Assembly: GCA_043812495.1 (NCBI GenBank) | Contig: JBDRMG010000065.1 | Location: 2,339-66,338 of the forward strand | Length of the DNA: 64,000 nt | Direction of reading: 5' to 3' | Source: Candidatus Omnitrophota bacterium | Lineage (GTDB): Bacteria > Omnitrophota > Gorgyraeia > Zapsychrales > JBDRMG01 | Shown here: in pieces, positions 1 to 12,000 of the stretch | Numbering within the stretch: the first letter of the stretch is position 1 | How the letters are laid out: each line of letters begins with the position of its first letter | Position numbers and translations under genes: made by a program | Notes under the pieces: model-generated | Databases searched by the model: none | What the model was told of the DNA's origin: nothing | What the model saw: the letters and a program-made list of their open reading frames with translations, nothing else

Positions 1-3000
1 GCGCTAGGGGGTAAAATTCCAGGACACACCTTTAATGTCCTTCCGTTAGATAATGACAGCATCATAGCTATTGATTTCAAAAATCGGCAAATTAAAGTAA
101 TAGGCCCGAATAACCCCGTTGATTTTACTGATGATAGAATTACTTCCGGTGATGTTCTTATAGATACATCTCCTTATGATGATGTGATTTATGCTAGCGC
201 TTGGTACAACCGCGGTAATGCCCTTACTGAATTAGGCCGCTACGCAGAAGCCATTGCCTCCTATGACAGCGCCCTTATCTACAAGCCTGATGATGCCGGT
301 GCCTTGTACAACCGCGGTAATGCCCTTACTGACTTAGGCCGCGACGCAGAGGCCCTTGCCTCCTATGACAGGGCCATTACCTACAAGCCTGATGATGTCG
401 AGGCCTGGAATAACCGCGGCGTTGCCCTTTATTATTTAGGCCGCTACGCAGAGGCCATTGCCTCATATGACAGTGCCGTTACCCACAAGCCTGATGATGC
501 CATGGCCTGGAGTAACCGCGGCATTGCCCTTCATAACTTAGGCCGCTACCCAGAGGCTATTGCCTCATATGACAGTGCCGTTACCCACAAGCCTGATTAT
601 GCCATGGCCTGGAGTAATCGCGGCATTGCCCTTAATTACTTAGGCCGCTACCTAGAGTCCCTTGCCTCCTATGACAGCGCCATTACCTACAAGCCTGATT
701 ATGCCATGGCCTGGACCAATCGCGGCATTGCCCTTCATAACTTAGGCCGCTACCCAGAGGCTATTGCCTCATATGACAGCGCCCTTACCTACGAACCTGA
801 TTATGCCAGTGCCTGGAACAACCGCGATGTTGCTAATGACGCTGCGCTCAGATTGAATAAGGCACAAAATAACAATTTATTTAATATTGACTTCCGGCAG
901 TTATTGAGCTCGGCAGTGGTTGCCGGACTTGCCTTGGTTGCAATAAATAGCGGCTTTCAGCTTATCTCCGGAGCCGGATTTGGTTCAGAATTATTCCTGC
1001 CGGCTACTTTGTTTACCGCAGGCGTGGTATCCAAAAGTAGTCCTGAAGAATTGAAAGAGAAATTATTAGGCTTACTAGCCGAGATTAATGCCTCAGTAGA
1101 GAGCTTAAGGGAGTTAGCTGACAAAGGCCAGGCCAATGATTTAAGTTCGGTTTTAGAAGAGCTTAAGGAAAAGGCAGCCAAGGCAATCAGCGCAATTGTT
1201 AACGAAACAAATGGGAATGATAATCTTGATAGTGTATTAAGGCACGATTTAAGCAATGCTTTGAATTTGGCCGGCTATTTTGATGTCTTCTTAAGGAAAG
1301 AAACAGGCAAGCAGATTGCTTCTATAAAAAGCGCCCTGCCAATGATAGAAGAAGATTTAACAAAGGCTGAAGCTATTATTAGTAATCCAAGGTTATATTT
1401 AGCCAGAAAAACTGTTGTTTCAGAAAATGAGCTTACTAATAAAGCATTGAAGGTTATTAGCCTTACTGCTCTCACCTGGCTGGGGTTAAGCCTGGCCTCA
1501 AGCGTCTTTGCCGGCCAGGGTGGGGCCGCTCTTGAATATAATCCTTGGGTTGTAATTGGTTTGTCAGCCGGGCTTACCGGCTTAGGCCTATTAACAGCTC
1601 TTCCAAAGGTAAGGAATTTTGTGAAAGAACTTTTAAGAAAAATTACGCTATCCACAGTTTTGATAACTGTGTTATCTTCATTAGCAGCTTTTGGCATTTT
1701 ATATGCCATACCAGAAGGAGAGAATATTACAACGCCTCAATTTGAAGTGAAAAACACAGATGAAGCAATCGACAGCCTCTGTGCTTATGCTGTCAGGATG
1801 CATGAGGCAGGCTACGAGGGAGAACTAGGCGGAGTCGTGAAAAGAGAAGAAAACAGCCTTTCAATTTATGTTACGGACAAGGCAGAGCATTCAGTCAGCA
1901 CTCCTTTGCCGGAAGTTGATAATGAATTCATTTGGCACATTCATCCTGAGGCTGATTTAGGTAATATAGAGAATGCCGCAAGGAGCTTACAGGTTTCAAT
2001 AGAAGATTTAGACGGTTTGCTTCTAACCAGAGAGATTGACGGAAAGGCAGTTTCTCATAAGCAGAGCATAGTAATACTTTCTGCCGAAGACAGATATGCA
2101 GCTTCTTTGGTTAATGAGCCTGATAGCCTGGATATGATATTCAGGAATATGTTTTTAGAAGACGCAGAGTCATTCGGAGAGCTATTTACTTCACCCCTCT
2201 TACGTCAGGCGGCAAGGGATGTTAAATGGGTGGGTAATCCATTAGAAGACTTTATTGAAGAACATGCTTGTTCATGGCCATTGGCTGCCAATATAATCGG
2301 CATTAAGGCAAACGTATATTATCAGGAAGAGGGCAAGACAATCGAATATGATTATACGCTTGAGTTTAACAGGAATAATGAATTGCAGGAATTCAGAAAG
2401 GAATTTAACCTAAATCATCAACCGGTTAATCAAGGCAAGGCTCCAGCCAGTGTAATCTTGAACCTGATGTTTCTTGGGTTTGGCCTGGCAGCGGCAAAGG
2501 CAGGCTCGGCTAAAGCTGATGATGGCAAAGGGTTTGAATACATAGGTGAAGCAAGAGTAACGGGCGGAGCACAGTATAGCCCTGAAATATCTATGGCAAA
2601 GATAATGAAGGGCATGAGAATTGACGGGTTTGGTGAGATGCTTTTTATTCTTGTGTTAGGCGAATACAAAGCTACAAAATCATCATTTAAATTTATTAGG
2701 ATGATAACTGCGCAACGAGCTGACGAATTAGACACAGTGCCTGAGGATAGGTTCCATGCTCATATTGATTACAGAAAGAAATTAATAATGCCGAGAGAAT
2801 TATTTAGAGAATCCGGGATAAAATTTCAAGAGCAAGTTGTTTTCGTAAACGCTGGTTTTCCGGAAGGTGAATTACGCATTTATTCGAAAAGAGATTGGGA
2901 TAAATTGGTTGACTTAAAAGTAGTAACCTTAGCCGGTTTAGGCTTGGGAGTATTTTTATTAAACCAATTTGTTCCTTCGCTGACTAATCTTAATACCGGG

Positions 3001-6000
3001 GTAGCAGCCCAGGCAGATATGTTAACTGCGTTTATAGCACTGGGTATTTTAGCCTTAGCCGGTATTTGCGTTAAGCTTCTTGGTTACTTACGCGCCGGGC
3101 CGGTTGATTGGATTAAAAATATAGAACTTCCGCTTTTAACTGTTTGTGCCTTGGCATTTATAACCAGAGTCATTAATCTTAATTACAACGGCCCATTTAT
3201 TGATGAATCTTTCTATTCTGTAGCCAAAGATATAGGCAACGTCTTTTATATTACCGGCGAGGCTTATCTGTGGCCGGTTGTTTCCAATTTCGCTCATACA
3301 ATAGGCGGGGTGGTAGGGGCGCGCTTTGTAACGGCTTTATTTGGCACTTTGACAGCAGGGTTTGTCTATAAGGCCGCAGAAATTTTTGCAGTTAAATTTA
3401 ATGCTAAGGATAATAAGTACGTTGGTTGCTTAGCTGGTTTAATCTTTGCATTGTCTGCACCTGCATTGCTAACTAGCACTGTAGCAGGTTATGATGCCAT
3501 GGCCTTTATGCTCTATGCCTTTGGCTTCTGGCAATTGACTAAAGGACTGGAAACAAGCAGCAAAAAATCACTTTTAATTGCAGCGGCGGCATTGGCCATT
3601 TCTGCTGATACGAGGTATATGTTAATTGGCTTTTTACCCGTTGCAGTTATCTACGCTATTTATTCTAGCGTCTTCAACAAAAATAAATTAACCACATTAG
3701 CCTATTTCTTATTACCTTTAAGTATTTTAGCCGGAGGTTACGTATATCTAAATCATGAACATGTGTTTGCAGCCTTAAACCATGCCCGCAATTTAGGATT
3801 ATCATTAGCTAAGGCACAGACAATCAGCTATATATTGGCCAATATTCTTGTCAGGATTGCTCCAGTTATAGTGTTGGCCGGTATTGGCCTGGCAGTATAT
3901 TTAAACAAGGCAATCAGAGATAGATCTATAAGGCAGATAACAAATATTGCGTTCCTGGTTAGCGCAGCTGTAGTTATAGCCGCTTATCATATCTGTGCTG
4001 GCAATGATTTTACCTTGAATAGGAACTTAACAATGACTGTTATGTTTGGTTCTATCTTAGCCGGGTTAGGCTTAAATTATTTCATCAGCAATTTGAAGAG
4101 GGCGAAATACATAATTATAGGCCTGCTCTTATCAGTCTTACTTATCCAGGCGAAAACAGTCGTTAATAAAGACCAAGCCTGGCCGGATTGGAGACCGGTT
4201 GTTAGCAGCGTGCATGATTTAGATATACCAGCTTATTGTAATTGGCGTATTTGGTGTACGACGAATAATGGCGGAAATGTCTGGCAACTAAGGGCTGAAT
4301 TTGGCAAGAGGGTAGATGAAGCCTCTCCCTGGTATGCTGATAATCCCATGGATGTTTTAAAGCAGGCCTCAGGCAAACTTATTCCAGTAGTTGTTGGGCC
4401 AATACCAGGAACAGACCTTGATGTCGGAGATAAAATTTGTGGATATGTTGTAAGGCAAGTTGTTGTTATCCCTGGCTATTCGAAAATTTATATTCTTGAA
4501 TATCTATCTGTTTATGAGTCAGAACAGAGCGCTACGCAGCAATCACAGCCAATCACTCAGGTCACCACCAACACCACCTCCCCAGCCGAGAAGAAAGAAA
4601 CAGAAGGCACCAGCGTAGCTGCGGAGATTAGTCAACCCCACGTATACTTATTGCCCCACCTACATTTAGCGCCTTCCCAGAAGCGAGATGTATTGGACAA
4701 ATTAGAGCAATTAGAGAGAGCAATGGAACAATTTTCTACCCCTGCATCAGACTCTATCTTAATGTTTAAAGCAGACATTGAAAATATATTTGCCAGCAGC
4801 CGCGAGATACTTGCTCAATATAGCCGCGAGGCAGAAGCTATTAAACAAGTTGTCAATAATCCTGTTAACAAAATAAGACGCATCGGGGTAGAGGCTGATC
4901 AAGCATATGTTTATGATTTTCTGGAAGGCGCTCAATTTAAATTACACAATCTGGAAAGTATGATGCAGTGGGTGGGCTTTGAAGATTATAAACAAAAAGC
5001 CAAAGACCTTTTACTCGTTATTTATGGCCCTGTCTTTTATTTATACGTTACAGGATATGAGCCTATCGCATCAGATACTATAGAGATAATAGGGGTAGAA
5101 TCTAACGATTTAATGTTTAGTCATTCGGTAGTTTTTAGCTCATTGGTTAGGCATTACAATCAGGACCTGCCGCGTTCAGGAGCAATGCAGCCATTGCTAA
5201 ATTTGATCGAGAATATGTTGGGCGATAAAACGAAAATCCCTATGCAAAGCGAAATTGATAGTGCAATTTCTGCGGCGCGTAAAGACTCTACGCTTATAGC
5301 AAATTCACAGTTATGGTTAGTTCGAGACGTAAAAGGGTGTATAGAAGGTTTTATAGACATAGCAAATGAACGCGATGAGTTTGTTTTTTCAAAGATACAG
5401 GCTGATTCTACTAATATATTGATTGTGCGAGGGAGAGGGCATGAGTCAAAACTGCGGGAATTGTTTAAGGAAGGATTAATTGAGATAGATTCTCTCGATT
5501 CAGGGCCCTTGCATAAGGCAAATAATAAAGAATCCGGCTTTATCAATCCAGACAGCAGTCTGCAACTGAGCGAGAATCAATCTCAGCAGCCCTTCAAGCA
5601 GAGCTCACTACTACCTTTATTCTTACTCAGCCTTATCTCAGTAAGGCCAACGAGAAGACACCGCAGGAACTTTGCCGCAACCAGGGCAACTACAGGAGTC
5701 AGAAGAGAAGGTTACTTACGCGCCGGGCCGGTTAAGGGTTTGATTTTGAGCATCCTTTTTGCCGCAGCTTTATATATCTCGCCAGTTTTTTCCACCCCCG
5801 CATATTCAGATAATTCAGCAAACCAATCAGCTTACAGCGATACAGTCAAAGATGTGATTAAGAATATAAGAGACAGTTATTTTCCTTTTCCAAATAATGA
5901 TTCCATGGGGACAGTCAGGGAATTTGACGATTTAGACAATATCGCTTCCAACATAGATGCCTGGGCAGAGTTTATAAATTTCTGCACATGGATGTCTCAA

Positions 6001-9000
6001 AAAACAGAAGACGTGGAGGAAAAAGCCCTTTATGACTCCTTGGCCAGCGGAGTTATCAATTTCGCCATAGCTACACAAGATGAAAGAGGGGCTAATTTTA
6101 CGAGACGGCTGTTTATGCCGGCTTCGGCTTCCCAGCCTTATGATTTTAGAACAGGCTTTAATTCTAGCTTATGGTCTGCAATTGTCAACAATTACAGGCT
6201 TAATCCCAGAGAAAAGCTTTTAGAGCCTATGCAAAGTTTTACCCTTTGGCTTCTTGACCAACAGCAGACAGATACAGATACAGCTTATCAGGCAAGCTTA
6301 GGAGCGTTTAGCCGGGGAGATGTCTTTTATAATCCTGATAATCAATATGACCCTGAAGATGGGTATATTCCGCCCGCGGTCATAGATTCTCTTCATTATA
6401 CTGTTGTGGCTACCTCACGCGCTATGGGCTACATGGAGAATTATTACGGTATCATTCAATATACGGATACAGAGTTAGCCTTAGAAATCCAAGAGGCTAT
6501 CAAGCTGGCTAATAATTGGCTATTGACACAGTATCAGGACTATGGGATGTATGCCTTCTTTAATGTAGGCTGTGACCTCTACGGAAAGAACCTGCCTTTC
6601 GCTGGATTTCCGGATTTATTGTTAGAGTCTCAGGTCCTGCCTCTCTATGTATGGGATTATATAAGCTGGCTGGGAGTTGATTTGACTTCCTACAAGGGGG
6701 GCGTAGATTGGCTTATCGCCATATACGAGAAAGAGATAGAGTTTAACGCTAATAATATTAAAGGGTTTTCAAGAAATACATTTGGCGACCCTTCCCAGGA
6801 GAGCGTCGCTTCGCACAGCACTCTTATGGCAGCAGGGACGCTGGATTTATTAGGCGATAGCGCAGAGGCCTCATTTTACAGCAATGAAGTTAGCAAGTTA
6901 ATTACTGATGAGGGAGGAATAATATTTAGCGCAAGCAATGCCGGCAACCTGCCGTTTCCTTCCGACTATCATTATTCTTATGTCGTATCCGGCATCTGGT
7001 ATGTATATTCTGCCTTTGGCGTAAACGGCTTTAATCCTTTTGAGGTTGAGGATTCAATAATTACTCCTGAACAGCCGTTTATACTTCATCAAAATTATGC
7101 CAATCCGTTTGGAGGGGAAGGCACTACCATTGAGTATGAATTAAAGGAGCCTGTCAAAACAGTAGATATAGAAATCTTCAATATCCTGGGCCAGAAGGTT
7201 ATAGAATTCAGAGACTTGGAAAACGGGAAAGGAATTCACGAGATTAGATGGGATGGCAAGGACGGCAATGGAGAAGGCTCAGCCAGCGGTATTTACTTTT
7301 ACAGGTTAAAGGTTGACGGCCGCATAATAGAGTCAAAGAAGGCAATGTTGATTGGCGCAGCAGAAGATGATAATGCGCCGGTATACGGACAGGAAGAAAC
7401 TTCTCCAACCCTACCTCTTTTAGCTGGATTACTTCTGACTCCTGCGATTGTTACCAGAAGAAGAAAGACAGGCATTTTAAAGACTGCTGTTATGTTAGCC
7501 GGCCTTGGCTATGCCAAAGGCATTGGGTTTGTAAACGCCTTAGCAGAAATTATCCAGGCCAGATTCTTCCATAAACGAAGAGCCGCGCTGCGCAGGCTGG
7601 CTTCCAAGGCCGTCAGCAAAGGCGCTTTCGTGTATAACAAAATAGCTGAAAGGTTAAAGGAATTGCGGTCTCCTCGCTCTGTCGCTGCTGAAACAGAAAC
7701 AGCTCATTCCTCAGGTGAGGCTTTGACTTCATTGGCAGAAATCGAAAGAGCTATTCTTTCGGCTGAGGAAATCATCATTCAAGCTAAGAAACAAATAATA
7801 AAATGGGCGCTTGGCATGTCGATTCCTTTCCTATTTTTGCTTCAGGTATTACGCGCAGGTCTGACAAACGCGGACGCATATTATTTCTTCCCGACGAGAT
7901 ATATTTTAATTTTGGCTTCCCTGGCGGGACTTATCATGACGGCCGTGGGTGTTGCACGGCAAATCAGGAATTATAGAATTTTGCGTAGTCGCGAAAGGAT
8001 TGTCCGGGAATATAAAGGCATTATTGCGGAAAGCAAAAATTTACTTGCATCTCTTGAAAGAAACGGAGCGGGAGAAGGCGCCCAATCCGATGCCGACCAA
8101 ACTCTCCACGCCAACTTCATCACGCCAGAGATTATTGCGGTCATCGGGCTGATCCTTATGATTGCCGGAATTATGTATGCGCTGCGACTGTCAGGGACCT
8201 GTCCCGCTGGTTTTGCCAAAGGCAAAACTACCAGTGGGACAGGTCCCGAAGCCGCTATGAAGATAGCCTCGGGACCTGTCCCTGCTTTTCTGATTGTGAC
8301 GGGGATAACTTTGGCGGGGACGGGGATTTTAGCGAACAACAATCATCGCGACTTGCCGAGGACTTTCAAGAATTCAGCGGCAGGAAGGATGGGAATTTTA
8401 CCGAAATTTCCAAGGGACAACAGATGGCGGTCGCCGGATACGATACAATCAACCCCGCCTTCCCTGGCGGCATGGAGGAATTTATCATCCGAGGGGTCAG
8501 CTTTGACAATGGGATCCCTCCGGAGCGGTTCGACAAAGAACGCCTGGTCTTTGATTGTTTCCGCGATCTTCAGCACAGTGGCTTTTGGGATAATTTTCTC
8601 GAACTTGGGACGGTTGATCACTTCGACGAACTCATCAAAAATTCTGTCCGATAGGACCAGCGTAAATGTTTCCTGGGAGAGTTTATCGAGAATTTTGCCG
8701 CAATGGGAATACGGCTTCAGCAGGCCGGAAACAACAATGTTTGTGTCAACAACGGCCTTGAGCATATTGGTCTTGACGGTAGGCTTTTATTTCATCGTTA
8801 ATTTCTTTTTGAGAAACAAGATGTCTCCTAAGACGCTTGCGAATATCCTTAAAGATACCCTGCCATCTTTCGCGAAAGGTTTCGTTGTTAAGCTTGCGCG
8901 CCAATTTCAGCTTAAATCTCTTAGGCATGCGGTCAACGATTTTCTCGACCTCTTTTTCCGATATATTCATAGAATATTTAATCACGGTTTCTTCTCCTCC

Positions 9001-12000
9001 GATAAATTAAGTATAGTCGCTTTCTCTTGGCCTGTCAATAATTACTCCCCGGTTTCTAACCGCGATTCCCGCGAACTCCAGGCTAATTTCATCATGCCGG
9101 CCATAATGGCCGTCGCGGCGGTCGTATTGATCATGTACGGTATGATGGTAATAGCTGGCTTATTTAAGAATCAAATGCGCGCCTCTTCCATCCAGTGCCA
9201 GGGCCCGCCTAAAGGCGAGGCACGCCCGCCGGCGAAAACGAGAATTTCCCCCGCCCTAGCCATCCTCGCTCTTTCCGCTGTTCCTGCCTTCATCATTCTT
9301 TTCGCCGTCTTCTCCGAACACAGCCTTGCGTTTATGCCGGTCGCGTTGTCTGATATTGCTTTGCCGGGATTGATGGGAGTAATACGAATTACCTCCGCTA
9401 ATAAAAATGAAATCATTGCCGAAAACAATGGCATCACAGATCCCAATCTCATCTATCCGCAAGACACCATCCAGATGAAAGGATTTATTCTTCCGTTAGA
9501 TCTTTTAAGTCATCCTCTTGTCGTGTTATTGCTCATCGTTGCGGTTGCCGTTCTAAGCTTTAACAGAGTGCGCGAGAGACTCCTGACCATCGGACTTGGC
9601 GCTTTACTCCTATTCTCGGTGTATGCGCTCACGCCGTCCTATGACTCCTCTGATAAGACCTCAAGAATCCCGGCAGGATTGATACAGCAAATTCCGGATC
9701 ATTCAGGCATCCCGCAGGCAGGGCAACGCGCATCCGATTCCCCTGTTGTCAACGGAGCTACCGAAACTCCCCAAGAGGCCATTGTGTCTTATGTCATTAA
9801 ATCCGGCGACACCCTCACGGAAATCATCGAACGGGAACTCGGCGTCTCGGCCTATCGCCCGGTTGTCAATGGCCAGATGCCCTATGAAATCATTGCCGAA
9901 AACAATGGCATCACAGATCCCAATCTCATCTATCCGCAAGACACCATCCAGATGAGATCATTCCTTGGAGACATTTTCACGCCCGGGACCCTAGCGATCA
10001 TCGCCTTTGCTCTTATAGTTGCCGGAATTATATGTGTTTATCAACTCTTAAAAAACCGCGCGGCGGTTAAGGACATGCTTGAAACATCCCTGCAGCGCCA
10101 GGGCCCGCCCGCATCCGCCGTTCCAGCGCGAGCCGGGGTTCTCCCAGCTTCATCCAGAGGCGGACGCCGATGGCGACAGCCGAGACGACCGGTCATTTCG
10201 AGCGGATCTAGATGGGAAGTTTTCGCTTTTGCCGCATTGCTCATCGGGTTTATCTTCTTCTTTAAACCTTCGGCTGCCAAGGCTTCGGATTTTGTCGAAG
10301 ATCAAGATGGCAAGATCACCGCTGTTAACGTGGAATCCGGAGACACCTGGGGTCATATCACGCTTGATTATTACAAAACCCAAGGCCAAGGCGTTGGACA
10401 GCTCTGGGGACCGGACGGAAAGGCGTATACGCTTTGGAGTGAGGTTTATGGGCCAGGTTCAGATTATACAGATATGGATCACATAAGAACCGGCGAAACC
10501 ATTGATCTGACAGGACAGAGTCAAGAGGCAGGGGCAGCTAAATCTCCAACAAAATCCAAGAGTATACAGAAATCCGCAAGAGTCAAGAAGACCGAACCAA
10601 ACAAACAAAATCAGTCAAATCCAGCTAAATCACCTGTCAAATCCGCTCAACCAGAACCAGATTCAACGACAAAACCAGTGAAGAATTCTTCGGCCGGAAT
10701 TTCTCCGGATAGCTTGAAAGACAATTCGAAAATCCAATCTCAAGACAGCGCGAAGGCCGTTGATTCGACTCAAAACAAAAATGCCAATCTATCAAAAGAC
10801 AGCACAAAGGACAAATCATCTCAGAATAAAGGGTCCTCAAGCGGCAAGATCGGCGACGGACAATTTGTCTGGAAATTATTCGGCCCTATCGGAGCTGCTC
10901 TTCTCGCGATGATGGTCGCTGGAATCGCCTTTATTCTTCTTCGAGGCAGAAGCAAGGCAACGCCAAAACAAACAAAGAAAGAATCTGCAGCTACGCCTAA
11001 TGCCGGAGGAGAAAAGGCCGAAGACGTTCCTGGAGATACAGAAGAAGGTACGCCAATAGTTGAAGCTGCAGTTGTCGCTGGATCACAAGAAGCTTCCCAA
11101 ACAGTTGAGCCTGCGGACACGCAAGCCGTTGCTGCTGAAGGAACCGAAGTAAAACCCGAAGAGCCAGGCAATGGGTCTTCTGCTGAAGCTGAAGTTGTCG
11201 CTGGACCACAAGAAGATTCCCAAACAGTTGAGCCTTCGGACAATACTCAAGAAGAAAAACCACAAGCCGTTGTTTCTGAAGGAACCGAAGAAAAATCCGA
11301 AGGATCAGACAACGGGTCTTCTGCTGAAGCTGCAGTTGTTGCTGGATCACAAGAAGCTTCCCAAACAGTTGAGCCTGCGGACACGCAAGCCGTTGTTTCT
11401 GAAGGAACCGAAGTAAACTCCGAAGGATCAGACAACGGGTCTTCTGCTGAAGCTGAAGATTTCGTTGAGCAGGTACTGAATCATGACATTAGCGATCCCC
11501 TTAAGGATCAAAAAGGAAAGCAAGATGATGAACCTGGCGATGCCTCCGACACCCAAGGAGAGGAAACTTCTGGAATCGCTTCAGATGAACAAAACGCCGG
11601 AGATTTTCCGGTATCCGTTGAAGTTCGGGACGAAAAGAATACAGAAGCCGGAGTCCAGGGGCCTGGTCAGGAACCGGTTCGGGAACCGGCGTCTAGTGAT
11701 AATCCTGAAACCGGAGAACAGGACTATATTCCTTTGTGGATGATGGATGAGGATCCTCTCGGCGCAGTAGAGGATGGCTTCGAATTCCCAGAAGAAATAT
11801 CTGATTACACGGTCGAAGCACCGGACGCAACCGGAAAAATAGTCACATTCGCCTCCGGCCAAACATACTACATGGCCTATTACGATATGGAAACCGTCCT
11901 CTCGGACATGGCCACGCGGATTACCATAAAAGAGGACGGCAACGTCGTCGTTCGATTCGATGGAATAGGAAAATCTTATTTCTCGAAAGAACTATTTACC

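Noticed and set aside
7971-8342. 123-aa minus ORF directly after the PIN gene as a third operon gene
   Set aside because: It runs through the palindrome cluster and the antisense of a TM linker; a similar peptide appears at 13860-14156 purely because of the repeat.
199-9955. DGR template/variable repeat pair (TPR units or the 72-nt LysM duplicate)
   Set aside because: The LysM copies are identical, the TPR differences are not adenine-specific, and no reverse transcriptase is seen.
11061-11457. Possible CRISPR array
   Set aside because: Units are 123-141 nt, in frame and similar along their whole length; there are no unique spacers and no cas genes.
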